Source of the DNA: an uncultured SAR86 cluster bacterium
Lineage (GTDB): Bacteria > Pseudomonadota > Gammaproteobacteria > Magnimaribacterales > AG-339-G14
Length of the DNA: 64,000 nucleotides
Assembly: GCA_902523885.1 (NCBI GenBank)
Contig: CABZAV010000001.1
Span: 114,208-178,207, forward strand
Reading direction: 5' to 3'
Made by a program: the position numbers and the translations under genes. Position 1 is the first letter of the stretch; each line of letters starts with the position of its first letter. The notes below the pieces were generated by a model. The model ran no database searches. It was not told the origin of the DNA and saw nothing but the letters and a program-made list of their open reading frames with translations. This document shows positions 1-10,214 of this stretch, piece after piece.

Positions 1-200
1 TCAGAGCTATAAATAAAAATCTTTATAGATTAGGATTTGGTGGGGGATTTTATGACAATTCCTTAGTAGAAATTAACTCAAATAAATGCTTGGGTTTAGG
101 ATACGAATTTCAAATTTTAGACGAATTCGACACCGAACCACATGATTTTAAATTAGGAAGGTTGATAACTCCTGAAGGTTACTTTAAAAACGCTTTATAA
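1..200 (+). CDS. ygfA: 5-formyltetrahydrofolate cyclo-ligase, C-terminal part (5' end outside window)
   Basis: Not in ORF track. Manual translation from base 3 gives RAINKNLYRLGFGGGFYDNSL...EPHDFKLGRLITPEGYFKNAL* (stop 198-200), with the RLGxGGGFYD and PHD motifs. It also neighbours ilvA/rpiA as in other gammaproteobacteria. Confidence 0.9.
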   Translation, partial: RAINKNLYRLGFGGGFYDNSLVEINSNKCLGLGYEFQILDEFDTEPHDFKLGRLITPEGYFKNAL

Positions 201-1711
201 CCAGCGTTTTCTGAAACTCTCGTAAAAGGATATTCTGTATTCAATAAGTCTTTATTGAGTTTATTCAATTGTGAGCTTTTAATAGAAAACCCAACTAAAG
301 CGCCACCATAGATTGATCCTTGATTTTTATAATGAAAAAGCGAGATATTCCATTTATCCTTCAATAAATCTAAAAATTGCATTAGGGCACCGGGCCTTTC
401 AGGAAAGTCAACTTTAAAAACTTCTTCCGTTTCTCCATTTGATAGTTCAGGAGCTCTTCCACCTGACATGTATCTTAAATGTACTTTAGATATCTCGTCA
501 TCACTTAAATCTGTGATTTTATATTTTTTGAGTTTCATAGATTTAATAAAGGAATTTTTTTCTTTGTCTCCTTTATTAAATTCTAATCCAAGAAGAATTT
601 TTGCTTCCTGCGTTTTGTCTAGTCTATAGCTAAATTCAGTAATATTTTTTTGACCTATAGATTTACATAATTTTCTGAATGTTCCTTTTTTTTCAGGAAT
701 ATTTATTCCAAAAATCATCTCTTTCTTCTCACCCATTTTTGATCTTTCAACAATATGAGCAAGAGATTCAAAATTTAGATTAGATCCGCAGTAAGTCGCA
801 ATCAAATTTTTATTTTTTATCTTTTTGTTTATTACATATTTTTTTAATCCTGCTAGAGCTAAAGCCCCAGTTGGTTCAGGAATAGTGCGAGTATCAATGA
901 AAGTGTCCTTTACAGCCGCACAAATTTCGTCCGTACTGACAGTTATAGAATCATCAATCCATTCTGTAATTAATTTGTAATTATGCTTACCGATTTGTTT
1001 AGCAGCTGCTCCATCAGCAAATAAACCCACTTCTTTGAGTTTTACTCTTCTATTTGCTTTTAAAGAGCTATTAAGACCTGCGGCGTCTGCAGCTTCAACA
1101 GCAACTATTTTTATTTTTGGATCTACAGTTTTAATATATGCGCCCATGCCAGAAATTAAACCGCCACCTCCAACTGCAATAAAAATAATATCAATTTTTT
1201 TATTGAATTGATCTAAAAGTTCTTTTCCAATTGTTCCCTGTCCTGCAATTACAAATGGATCATCAAATGGATGAATAAAGGGCAAGTTTTTGATTTTACA
1301 AAAAGTTAAAGATTCCTCTAAAGCTTCATCAAAATTATCTCCTATTAGAACAATTTTTGCGCCATAACCCTTAACAGATTCAACCTTGATTGAGGGAGTC
1401 GTTTTTGGCATAAAAATGGTCGACTTAATTTTTAAGCTTTTAGCAGAATAGGCTACACCTTGAGCATGGTTTCCAGCTGAGGCAGTAACTACATGTTTTG
1501 TGTTTTCACGTTCAACTAAATTAGAAATTTTATTATATGCACCCCTAATCTTAAAAGAGTGTGTAGGCTGAAGATCTTCTCTTTTTAAATATATTTTGTT
1601 AGAAAATTGTGAAGAAACACTTTCTGCTTTTGTAATAGGAGTTTTTATTGCGACATCATAAACTTTAGATGAAGATATTTTGTCTAAATACTTTTTGCTA
1701 TATTTATTCAT
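179..1711 (-). CDS. ilvA: Threonine ammonia-lyase (biosynthetic threonine deaminase)
   Basis: KREDLQPTHSFKIRGA PLP-lysine motif, SAGNHAQG, GGGGL, and C-terminal regulatory ACT repeats (FPERPGAL). Confidence 0.97.
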   Translation of the reverse strand: MNKYSKKYLDKISSSKVYDVAIKTPITKAESVSSQFSNKIYLKREDLQPTHSFKIRGAYNKISNLVERENTKHVVTASAGNHAQGVAYSAKSLKIKSTIFMPKTTPSIKVESVKGYGAKIVLIGDNFDEALEESLTFCKIKNLPFIHPFDDPFVIAGQGTIGKELLDQFNKKIDIIFIAVGGGGLISGMGAYIKTVDPKIKIVAVEAADAAGLNSSLKANRRVKLKEVGLFADGAAAKQIGKHNYKLITEWIDDSITVSTDEICAAVKDTFIDTRTIPEPTGALALAGLKKYVINKKIKNKNLIATYCGSNLNFESLAHIVERSKMGEKKEMIFGINIPEKKGTFRKLCKSIGQKNITEFSYRLDKTQEAKILLGLEFNKGDKEKNSFIKSMKLKKYKITDLSDDEISKVHLRYMSGGRAPELSNGETEEVFKVDFPERPGALMQFLDLLKDKWNISLFHYKNQGSIYGGALVGFSIKSSQLNKLNKDLLNTEYPFTRVSENAGYKAFLK

Positions 1712-1779
1712 AGTGATAACAGGAGCAAAGCATTATACTTTTAGATAAATTAAGTTCCAGTAAATTAAACTAAGCATAA

Positions 1780-2436
1780 ATGACATCAAAAGAATTAGTA
1801 GCTTCTTATACCTACGAGCTCGTCAAAAATAAGTTTCACAAGGATTTCATCTTGGGTATTGGCACAGGCTCTACGGCAAACTGTTTTATTGAAATTATTA
1901 AAAAAGAAAAGCCAGAAATAAAAGCTTTGGTTTCTAGTTCTGAAGCTAGTAGTGATATTTTAAGATCTGAGGGGTTTGAAATTTCAGAATTAAATGATGT
2001 TGGAGGACCAGATCTATATGTTGACGGCGCAGACGAAGTTAATGATAAATTTGAATTGATAAAAGGTGGGGGAGGTGCACTTACAAGAGAAAAAATCGTT
2101 GCTGCAGCCTCAAGAGAATTTATTTGCATTATTGATGACAGTAAAATTGTAAAAAAATTAGGAGCTTTTCCTCTTGCAATTGAAGTTATACCTTCGGCTA
2201 GAAGCTATGTAGCTAGACAAATTGTCGCAATGGGAGGAAAGCCAACATATCGAATAGGATTTGTTACGGATAATGGAAACCAAATAATAGACGTAATTAA
2301 TTTGAATTTTGATGTTCCTTACGAAACCGAGATTAGATTAAACAGAATTCCTGGAGTTGTGGATAACGGTATCTTTGCTACAAGAAAAGCAGATAAAGTT
2401 ATTAGCGCTGATTCTTCTGAGGCAAGGTCCTTATAA
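1780..2436 (+). CDS. rpiA: Ribose-5-phosphate isomerase A
   Basis: GIGTGST, DGADE and IKGGGGALTREK motifs; divergent from ilvA. Confidence 0.97.
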   Translation: MTSKELVASYTYELVKNKFHKDFILGIGTGSTANCFIEIIKKEKPEIKALVSSSEASSDILRSEGFEISELNDVGGPDLYVDGADEVNDKFELIKGGGGALTREKIVAAASREFICIIDDSKIVKKLGAFPLAIEVIPSARSYVARQIVAMGGKPTYRIGFVTDNGNQIIDVINLNFDVPYETEIRLNRIPGVVDNGIFATRKADKVISADSSEARSL

Positions 2437-2991
2437 AAGCAATTCTAAATTTTTTATAATTTCTGGGCTATTTGGCTCTACTTTGCTAGAGAAAGTGTAA
2501 ACTAAATTCCCTTCTCTAGAAATTAAATATTTAGTAAAGTTCCATAATGGTTCTGAACCAGATAATTCAAAGATTTGCTTATAAAATGAATTGGCTTTGC
2601 TGCCTGTAACACTAGACGTAGCGAAAAGAGGGAAAGAAACTCCATAATTTGTACTACAGAACTCTTTAACATCTCCTTCATCGCTAAATTCTTGAAACAT
2701 AAAATCTCTTGATGGAAATCCTAAAATTACAAAATCTTTTTCTGCATATTCTTTATATAAAGCTTGTAAACTTTCGTACTGATAAGTAAAGCCACATCTA
2801 CTTGCAACATTAACTGCTAAAATTACTTTGTCTTTGTATTTGCATAGATTTTCGGTTTTATTTGAATCCAAAACTCTAAGTTCGTGATCAAGCAATTCGG
2901 GACAATCACTAGTACTTTCGCTGGATTCAGAAAAAACTATACCAGTAAAAAAAAGAATTAAATTTAGAGAAATAATTTTTATTAATTTCAT
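2431..2991 (-). CDS. Glutathione peroxidase family protein (Cys-type) with putative signal peptide
   Basis: VNVASRCGFT, LGFPSRDF..QE and WNFTKYL motifs; hydrophobic N-terminus MKLIKIISLNLILFFTGIVFS. Confidence 0.92.
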   Translation of the reverse strand: MKLIKIISLNLILFFTGIVFSESSESTSDCPELLDHELRVLDSNKTENLCKYKDKVILAVNVASRCGFTYQYESLQALYKEYAEKDFVILGFPSRDFMFQEFSDEGDVKEFCSTNYGVSFPLFATSSVTGSKANSFYKQIFELSGSEPLWNFTKYLISREGNLVYTFSSKVEPNSPEIIKNLELLL

Positions 2992-3605
2992 AATATTTTA
3001 TATGGTTCCTTATTAGAAAAAATCAATACTTGTGTTCCAACCCTTACCTTGTTGAAGATTTCTATAACATCATCATTGAGCATTCTTATGCAACCTAAAG
3101 ATGCCGGCTGTCCAATCAAGCCTTCTTCAGCAGTGCCGTGAATGTAAATGTATCTTGATTTAGAGTCAACAATACCACCTCTATTTCTCCCTATCTCTAA
3201 ACCATCGAGCCATAAAATTCTTGAGGTTATGACATCTTCTGGTATGTCTATGGGGTCTTCTATGATTTTGGCTATTTCATTAGTCCAGACTCTGCCTTTG
3301 AAAACCGCGCCTTTTGGCATTTTTTTTCCAATTTTTTCAGAAATTACATGAGCACCTAGAGGAGTTTTAAAACTATTTTCTATATTTCCAATACCAAATG
3401 CAGAAGAAGAGATGGGGTATTCTTTTTCTTTATTCCTAGTTTTTAAAAAAAGAGTCTGACTATCAAGATTTATCAAAATATGTGTTTTGTTTTTATTTAA
3501 CTTACTAAAATTATTTGGATCTATCATTGAGTATTTTTCAAAATTTGGAGTAATTGTGCAGCTCACTAATAAGCAAGAGACAATATAAAACCTAATCTTT
3601 TTCAT
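2988..3605 (-). CDS. L,D-transpeptidase (YkuD family), putative lipoprotein
   Basis: IYIHGT...PASLGCIRM catalytic motif, KTPLG, and lipobox-like LLVSC. Confidence 0.9.
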   Translation of the reverse strand: MKKIRFYIVSCLLVSCTITPNFEKYSMIDPNNFSKLNKNKTHILINLDSQTLFLKTRNKEKEYPISSSAFGIGNIENSFKTPLGAHVISEKIGKKMPKGAVFKGRVWTNEIAKIIEDPIDIPEDVITSRILWLDGLEIGRNRGGIVDSKSRYIYIHGTAEEGLIGQPASLGCIRMLNDDVIEIFNKVRVGTQVLIFSNKEPYKIL

Positions 3606-5127
3606 TTCTTAACATTTTATTAAAAAAAGACCCAAATATAAGGATTAAAATAAAAAAAATTGAAGGCCATTTACCAAAAGTTATAAACGGAGTGTGTCCG
3701 CTTCTAGTAAAAATTATAGATTCTATTTGTTGAGAGTTACTGACTTTTTGTTCTAAGTTATCTATATCAATACTTTTAACAACACTGCCAAATTTGTTTA
3801 TTAGAGCACTTACACCAGTGCTTGTACTTCTAATTAAAGGCTTTCTATTTTCTGCTGCTCTATATCTTGCAATCTGCAAGTGTTGATAAGGCCCAATAGT
3901 GTCTCCGAACCAATTGTCATTACTAGCATTAAATAATAAATTACTTTGTTTACCATGTTTAAGAAAAATATCTTGATAGGCTATTTCATAACAAATAGCA
4001 GAGGAAATGTTTAGATCATTTGAATTTATTAAGACATTATTATTTGAAGAAACTACATTTGGTCGATTGAGGTTAAAAAAGCTAAAAAATGAATCAAAAA
4101 TGGTAAAAGGGACATATTCTCCAAATGGTACTAACTTTTGTTTATCAAACTTGCCATTTAATTTTCCCAAGGACATTAAAGAATTACTCACACCTTCTTC
4201 GTTATTACTTTTTGATAAAATTCCAAAAATAGAAGCAAAATTAGACTCAGAAATATAAATTTCTAGTTCGTCAATGACTTTCGTATACTTGGAACTCAGC
4301 CCGGGCAAAAAAACTTCAGGCCAAAAAATTATTGATAAAATATCTTTATTTTTTGACTTAGATGAATGTTCTTTAATTTTTGATTTAAACAGATTTATTG
4401 ATTCATTTTCTCCTTGAAAGCTCCATTTTTCTTCAATGCTTATATTGGGTTGAATAATCACAATATTTACCTCATCTTTCTTAGTCGTCCACTCAACCTT
4501 ATAGGATGAAAAAGACGCAATTAAAAACAAAGAAAAAATAGTTAAATAGATAAGAGATATATTTTTTTGACGGCCTGATATAAGACTTTCACCTAAAACA
4601 AAAATTAGAGCTGGAATAAATATTAAAATAAAACTCATTCCGAAAACTCCAAATATCGGAATAAAACCAGAAAAAAAGAAATTATCTAAACTTGTATAGC
4701 CTAGATAAAACCAAGGGAATCCAGATAATAAAAATTCTCTAATCCATTCTGAGCCTACCCATATCGAAGGAAATAAAAATAAAATATCAAAATTAGTTTT
4801 TGTTTTGCAATAAGCAAATATCCCAAAAAAAATACCATTCAGTAAAGCTAAAAAGGCAGAAAGGCAAATAACTAAAAAGTAAGATACAGACTTAGTCGCC
4901 CCTCCATAAAAATAAATACTATTTTCTATCCAAAAAATTCCTATCAACCATAATCCAAATCCAAAAAACCAACCAAGGTAAAAAGAACTTTTAATATCAT
5001 GATCTTTTATTAAGAAATAAAGGGAAAGAGGAATAAAAAAAGTTAAAAACCAGAAATTAAAAGGTTCAAATACTAAAATTAGTGATGCGCCTATAATTAG
5101 AGAACTGATGTAACTAATTAATTTCAT
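3592..5127 (-). CDS. lnt: Apolipoprotein N-acyltransferase
   Basis: Multi-TM N-terminus with GFPW, QPNI, WPE, KQKLVPFGEY, ICYE and NDNWFG motifs. ATG at 5127 preferred over the TTG at 5130. Confidence 0.95.
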   Translation of the reverse strand: MKLISYISSLIIGASLILVFEPFNFWFLTFFIPLSLYFLIKDHDIKSSFYLGWFFGFGLWLIGIFWIENSIYFYGGATKSVSYFLVICLSAFLALLNGIFFGIFAYCKTKTNFDILFLFPSIWVGSEWIREFLLSGFPWFYLGYTSLDNFFFSGFIPIFGVFGMSFILIFIPALIFVLGESLISGRQKNISLIYLTIFSLFLIASFSSYKVEWTTKKDEVNIVIIQPNISIEEKWSFQGENESINLFKSKIKEHSSKSKNKDILSIIFWPEVFLPGLSSKYTKVIDELEIYISESNFASIFGILSKSNNEEGVSNSLMSLGKLNGKFDKQKLVPFGEYVPFTIFDSFFSFFNLNRPNVVSSNNNVLINSNDLNISSAICYEIAYQDIFLKHGKQSNLLFNASNDNWFGDTIGPYQHLQIARYRAAENRKPLIRSTSTGVSALINKFGSVVKSIDIDNLEQKVSNSQQIESIIFTRSGHTPFITFGKWPSIFFILILIFGSFFNKMLRNEKD

Positions 5128-5164
5128 CAATTGATTTTATAGCAATCAAGAAAATTCTTTTTAA

Positions 5165-5782
5165 TTATTTAGAAAGCCAATAATTAATTTTTAAGTCATC
5201 TAAAATTTTACAAGTTTCAAAAATAGGCAAGCCCACAACATTAGAATGACTGCCTACGATTTTTTCAATAAAAGTTGCTCCAATTCCTTGAATGCCATAG
5301 CTCCCAGCTTTATCTAAAGGTTCTCTTGTATCCCAATATTTTGAACACTCATATGCTGTGAGTGTTTTCATAAATACTTTGGTCTCCACAATATTCATGT
5401 TGAAATTCACAGTATCAGATTCGGAGTCATCCAAAATGCCTAAGGAAACACAAGAAATAACTTCATGAGACTGTCCAGAAAGCTCCAAAAGCATTGAGAT
5501 AGCGTGATCTTTATTTTCTGGCTTTCCTAAAATTTTGTCACCAATACTTACAATTGTATCTGCGGTCAAAACAGGAAGAATTTTTTTTTGATTTTCTTGA
5601 AGGTGAGCAAATGCAGATAATGACTTTTCCTTAGTATTTCTCTCTACAAAGTCATAGGCTGATTCATTTTCAAATGGGGCAGATTCTTCGTGATAATAAT
5701 TCAGAACCTCAAATTCTACCTTTAAAGATTTTAAAATCTCATTGCGTCGCGGAGATTTAGAGGCAAGATAAATGCCAGACAC
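5165..5782 (-). CDS. maf: Maf family nucleotide pyrophosphatase (YhdE type)
   Basis: LASKSPRR, ADTIV, GKP, DKAGSYGIQG and NVVGLP motifs; GTG start. Confidence 0.93.
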   Translation of the reverse strand: MSGIYLASKSPRRNEILKSLKVEFEVLNYYHEESAPFENESAYDFVERNTKEKSLSAFAHLQENQKKILPVLTADTIVSIGDKILGKPENKDHAISMLLELSGQSHEVISCVSLGILDDSESDTVNFNMNIVETKVFMKTLTAYECSKYWDTREPLDKAGSYGIQGIGATFIEKIVGSHSNVVGLPIFETCKILDDLKINYWLSK

Positions 5783-5783
5783 T

Positions 5784-5939
5784 TTATTTAATTTTTTCTT
5801 CTTTATAAAGGACGTGTTTTTTTATTTTTGGGTCAAATTTTTTGATTTCGATTTTATCAGGTGTACTGCTTTTGTTTTTATCGGTAGTATAAAAATGACC
5901 AGTTCCTGCTGAAGATACTAATTTTATTTTTTCTCTCAT
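5784..5939 (-). CDS. rpmG: 50S ribosomal protein L33 (Zn-independent type)
   Basis: Not in ORF track (51 aa). Manual translation gives [51 protein letters not shown]; ATGA overlap with the rpmB stop. Confidence 0.97.
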   Translation of the reverse strand: MREKIKLVSSAGTGHFYTTDKNKSSTPDKIEIKKFDPKIKKHVLYKEEKIK

Positions 5940-6172
5940 ACTTTTTCTCCTCTATTTCTAATATCTTCCAATACTTTGTCTATTCCTTTTTTATCTATAA
6001 TTCTAAGACCTTTTGTTGAAATATTAAGCGTTACATAACGATTTTCAGATTCAACCCAAAATCTATGTTTGTGAAGATTAGGCATAAATCTCCTGCGAGT
6101 TTTATTCACAGCTTTGGAAACGTTATTTCCAGACATTGGAATTTTACCTGTTACTTGACATTGTTTACTCAT
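5936..6172 (-). CDS. rpmB: 50S ribosomal protein L28
   Basis: [15 protein letters not shown]...TRRRFMPNL...[10 protein letters not shown]; rpmB-rpmG pair. Confidence 0.97.
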   Translation of the reverse strand: MSKQCQVTGKIPMSGNNVSKAVNKTRRRFMPNLHKHRFWVESENRYVTLNISTKGLRIIDKKGIDKVLEDIRNRGEKV

Positions 6173-6234
6173 AAAAACCTCTAAAAGGTTTTGTTTTATA
6201 CCAGAATCTAAACTTCATTGAAACCTATCTAGAG

Positions 6235-6240
6235 TATAAT
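6235..6240 (+). promoter_or_regulatory. Sigma70 -10 element for coaBC-dut-fadD
   Basis: Perfect TATAAT 10 nt upstream of the coaBC ATG in the divergent rpmB/coaBC spacer. Confidence 0.55.
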
Positions 6241-6250
6241 TCGGAGCTAA

Positions 6251-7447
6251 ATGAAACAATTAGCTAACAAACACATACTTTTATGTGTAACTGGTGGAAT
6301 AGCTGCCTATAAGGCAGCAGAGATCATTAGACTATTCAAAACAGCTGGATCAAATGTAAGGGTTTTAATGACAAAAGCTGCACAAGAATTCATTACGCCC
6401 CTTACTATGCAAGCTTTATCAGGAAATCAAGTTCATGCTGATCTTTTAGACACTGAGGCTGAAGCTGCGATGGGTCATATAGAATTAGCAAAATGGAGTG
6501 ACGTTATTATCATTGCTCCGTGTTCTGCTAATTCAATTTCACGATTAGCTGCCGGTAAAGGAGACGATTTAATGACTGCAGTTTGCTTAGCAGCAGAATC
6601 TAAAATATTTTTTGCACCCGCCATGAATCAAGCAATGTGGGCTGATTCAAGAACACAAAAAAATTATCAAATTTTAATGAAAAATAATTTTATTCCGATT
6701 GGACCCAATTCTGGCGAACAGGCCTGTGGCGACGAAGGGTACGGCAGAATGTCTGAACCTCAAGAAATTGTCAGTGAAGTAGCAACAAACTTTTCAGAAG
6801 GCCTATTGGCAGGAAAAAAAATATTAATAACTGCAGGTCCAACACGCGAAAAAATAGACCCTGTTAGATATATTTCCAACAGAAGCTCCGGAAAAATGGG
6901 CTTTTCAATTGCAGAGGCTGCAAGAGACGAGGGTGGCCTTGTTAGTTTGATTAGCGGTCCAGTCAGTTTAAAAACACCTGATGAAATAGAAAGAATAGAT
7001 GTTGAATCTGCAGATGAAATGTTTAAAGAAGTAAACAAAGTTATAAATAATTATGATTTTTTTATTTCGACAGCTGCAGTTGCTGATTTTAAACCTGAAA
7101 AATTCGAAAATCAGAAAATAAAAAAAGATAAGAATGCAGATAATTTAAGTATGGAACTTATTGAAAATAAAGATATTCTAAAATCTATTTCTAAGAATAA
7201 AGGAGACTTAAAAATAATTGGTTTTGCTGCTGAAACTCAAGACATCAAAGAAAATGCTAAAAAAAAGCTAAATGAAAAAAATTTGGATTTAATTATTGTA
7301 AATGATGTTTCCGACTCTTCGATTGGTTTTGACTCAGATGAAAACGAAGTTTATTTAATTACTAAAAAAATTGAAAAAAAGATTGAGAAAATTTCAAAAA
7401 AGAAATTATCGAGAAGTATCATTGAATTTATTGCAAAATATCTCTAA
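6251..7447 (+). CDS. coaBC: Bifunctional phosphopantothenoylcysteine decarboxylase / phosphopantothenate-cysteine ligase
   Basis: [51 protein letters not shown] and GFAAET motifs. Confidence 0.97.
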   Translation: MKQLANKHILLCVTGGIAAYKAAEIIRLFKTAGSNVRVLMTKAAQEFITPLTMQALSGNQVHADLLDTEAEAAMGHIELAKWSDVIIIAPCSANSISRLAAGKGDDLMTAVCLAAESKIFFAPAMNQAMWADSRTQKNYQILMKNNFIPIGPNSGEQACGDEGYGRMSEPQEIVSEVATNFSEGLLAGKKILITAGPTREKIDPVRYISNRSSGKMGFSIAEAARDEGGLVSLISGPVSLKTPDEIERIDVESADEMFKEVNKVINNYDFFISTAAVADFKPEKFENQKIKKDKNADNLSMELIENKDILKSISKNKGDLKIIGFAAETQDIKENAKKKLNEKNLDLIIVNDVSDSSIGFDSDENEVYLITKKIEKKIEKISKKKLSRSIIEFIAKYL

Positions 7448-7999
7448 ATGGTTAGGTGGATATTGAGAAGGGTTATCGGTTTTATTTTGCCGAACCTTAT
7501 TTCAAATTTTTTAAAATCAGAAAATACTTCAGAAAAGATCAATAAGATTAAAATCCAAATCAAGATTGTCGATAAAAATTTGGGTGACGATATACCTTTC
7601 CCTAAATTTAATACTGATGGATCCGCTGCTTTAGATTTAAGAACAAATATAGTTGAGTCAATAACTTTAGAACCAAATGAAACTTATTTATTTTCTACTG
7701 GCTTCTCTATTTATATTGGTAATCCTGATTATGCTGCTTTCATATTGCCCAGATCAGGGCTAGGTCATAAAAATGGTATTGTTTTAGGTAATTTAATCGG
7801 TTTGATAGATTCAGATTATCAAGGAGAAATTATGATCTCACTTTGGAATAGATCGACCAATTCTTTTACAATAAATAGAGGAGATAGAATAGCCCAGATG
7901 ATGTTTCTAGAAGTGGCTTCACCGATTTTCCAAATTGTGGATAAATTTGAAAAAACAGAGAGAGGAACTAAAGGCTTTGGTTCATCAGGTAAAGATTAA
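7448..7999 (+). CDS. dut: dUTP diphosphatase with ~30-aa N-terminal extension
   Basis: GSAALDL, PRSGLG, GLIDSDYQGE, GDRIAQ and RGTKGFGSSG motifs; follows coaBC directly. Confidence 0.95.
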   Translation: MVRWILRRVIGFILPNLISNFLKSENTSEKINKIKIQIKIVDKNLGDDIPFPKFNTDGSAALDLRTNIVESITLEPNETYLFSTGFSIYIGNPDYAAFILPRSGLGHKNGIVLGNLIGLIDSDYQGEIMISLWNRSTNSFTINRGDRIAQMMFLEVASPIFQIVDKFEKTERGTKGFGSSGKD

Positions 8000-8014
8000 A
8001 TAAGGGAGAGAATA

Positions 8015-9577
8015 ATGGATATAAAATTACAAGACTCTTTAGCAGAAAGTTTGAGATGGCGATGCAAAGAATCTGCAGATGATATAGCAATAAAATTTTT
8101 AGACAGACAGCAAACATATGCTCAACTAGATTCAAATGCGAATCTTGTAGCTCAAGGTTTATTAAGCTTTCAAATAAAACCAGATTCTAGAGTCGCATAC
8201 TTAGCTAAAAACACAGATTATTTTTTTGAAATTTTTTATGGTGCTCTCAAATCAAAAGCCGTAGTAGTTGGAGTTAATTGGAGGCTCGCTGCAGAAGAAG
8301 TCGCTTACGTATTAGAAGATTCAAAAAGTGAAATTCTTTTCGTTAGTCCGGATTTCTTTGAAATAATTGAAGAAATTGAAAACAAATTACCTTTTATAAA
8401 AGAGATTATTTGTCTCGAAGGAAATAATAAGAATTGGATGACTTATTCCCAATGGAAAGATGACAATGATGACATTGACCCCCAACTTGCATCCGATGAA
8501 CATGATGACGTAATTCAACTTTACACTTCAGGTACAACAGGGCATCCCAAAGGAGTGCAATTAACAAATAAAAATTTTTACGCTGCTACTGACAATACTA
8601 TTGGAGTTATCCCTTTCCCTTCAGGTTCAAAAGCTATGGTATGTATGCCTGTGTATCATGTTGCTGGAACAAATTTTGGCATATGGGGACTTTTGCAAGG
8701 TTGCAATAATTTAATAATTCCAGAAGTAGATCCAGGTTTGATTCTTGATTTAGTCGAAAAAGAAAAAATAGAACTTACTTTGTGGGTGCCAGCAGTTATA
8801 CTTTTTTTGCTTCAACATCCAAACGCAGAAAAAACTGATTTTAGCTCCTTGAAAGTTGTTGTTTATGGAGCTTCTCCTATTGCAGAAGATACAGTAGTAA
8901 ATGCAATTAAATTAATGAATTGTGGGTTTTATCAAGTTTATGGATTAACAGAAACTTCTGGAGCAATTACTTGTTTGGTATCTGAGGATCATGATCCTAA
9001 AAAGAATAAATTAAGATCTTGTGGCAAGGCTCTCCCTGGAGTTGAGATAAAGGTAATTGATGATGCTGGAAAGGAAGTTGATCAAGGCGAGGTGGGAGAA
9101 ATTATTACAAAGTCAGATTTAAATATGAAAGGTTACTGGAACAATTCAGAAGCAACTGAAAAGTCTATCCAAGATGGATGGTTTTATTCGGGTGATGCAG
9201 GTTTTTTGGATGAAGAAGGTTTTCTATACATTCACGACAGGGTCAAAGATATGATTGTCTCGGGCGGAGAAAATATTTATCCTGCTGAAGTTGAAAATGC
9301 CCTGATGAGTAATGAAGAAATTTTAGACGCTGCCGTAGTTGGAGTACCTGACGATAAATGGGGAGAATCTACAAAAGCTTTTGTCGTTCTATCTGAGGGA
9401 AGTTCTCTAAATGCAAAGGACATAATTTCTTATACCAAATCAAAAATAGCCTCTTATAAAAGTCCAAAGTCAGTTGAATTCATCGAAATGCTTCCAAGAA
9501 ATCCCTCTGGAAAAGTATTAAGAAGAGAATTAAGAGCTCCATATTGGGAGGGAAGAGATAGAGGTGTGTCGGGATAG
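8015..9577 (+). CDS. Long-chain fatty-acid--CoA ligase (AMP-binding family)
   Basis: YTSGTTGHPKG, YGLTET, GWFYSGD, DRVKDMIVSGGENIYP and PRNPSGK motifs; SD-like AGGGAG upstream. Confidence 0.9.
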   Translation: MDIKLQDSLAESLRWRCKESADDIAIKFLDRQQTYAQLDSNANLVAQGLLSFQIKPDSRVAYLAKNTDYFFEIFYGALKSKAVVVGVNWRLAAEEVAYVLEDSKSEILFVSPDFFEIIEEIENKLPFIKEIICLEGNNKNWMTYSQWKDDNDDIDPQLASDEHDDVIQLYTSGTTGHPKGVQLTNKNFYAATDNTIGVIPFPSGSKAMVCMPVYHVAGTNFGIWGLLQGCNNLIIPEVDPGLILDLVEKEKIELTLWVPAVILFLLQHPNAEKTDFSSLKVVVYGASPIAEDTVVNAIKLMNCGFYQVYGLTETSGAITCLVSEDHDPKKNKLRSCGKALPGVEIKVIDDAGKEVDQGEVGEIITKSDLNMKGYWNNSEATEKSIQDGWFYSGDAGFLDEEGFLYIHDRVKDMIVSGGENIYPAEVENALMSNEEILDAAVVGVPDDKWGESTKAFVVLSEGSSLNAKDIISYTKSKIASYKSPKSVEFIEMLPRNPSGKVLRRELRAPYWEGRDRGVSG

Positions 9578-9578
9578 C

Positions 9579-10169
9579 CTAATTTCTAGATTTTAAAGGG
9601 TCTTTATAAACAGTGTATATAGAAGCAATAATAATTATTGCTATTAAAACGTATGTAAAGTACTCAACGAAAACGACTCCTAAAAAATAACCTGTTAAAA
9701 CATAAAGACTTGCCCAAGCTGGAGAGGCTAAAACTTCGATTGGGAAAAAATATTTTGATTTCATTCCTAATGATCCAGCAATAAAAGGAACGGTACATCT
9801 CAAGGGACCGGCAAATCTTCCCAGAGCTACACTCAACATCCCTCTTTTTTTCATAAATTTTCTGGCTTGAAAAATATAATGATGATATTTTTCAGGAATC
9901 CAATCTTCTACTTTATTACCAATGAGTTTCCCAATAAAAAAACTTACGGTGTCACCCATAATCATTCCTAAAGAAGCCCAAAAGACTATTACAACCGGAC
10001 TTATGTTTATTGATGCTGCAAGTGCGCCTATGCCAGGAATGATAAGAGTCGCCGGTGTAAAAAGACCTAAAATGATTAAAGATTCTACAAAAACCAAAAG
10101 AAACATCATTAAATTGATCCAGTTTGGATTTTCTTCTAAAAATTCTAATATAGAACTGAACTCGAACAT
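9579..10169 (-). CDS. DedA family membrane protein
   Basis: FVES..ILGLFTP, GDTVSFFIG, GRFAGPLR..VPFIAG motifs; ATG at 10169. Confidence 0.9.
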   Translation of the reverse strand: MFEFSSILEFLEENPNWINLMMFLLVFVESLIILGLFTPATLIIPGIGALAASINISPVVIVFWASLGMIMGDTVSFFIGKLIGNKVEDWIPEKYHHYIFQARKFMKKRGMLSVALGRFAGPLRCTVPFIAGSLGMKSKYFFPIEVLASPAWASLYVLTGYFLGVVFVEYFTYVLIAIIIIASIYTVYKDPLKSRN

Positions 10170-10214
10170 CAAATTTTGTTTCTAAGACTTATAATAGTTG
10201 CAATAATACCTCAC

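Noticed and set aside
2431-2991. Selenocysteine-containing glutathione peroxidase
   Set aside because: The active-site residue is an ordinary Cys (VASRCG) and there is no in-frame TGA.
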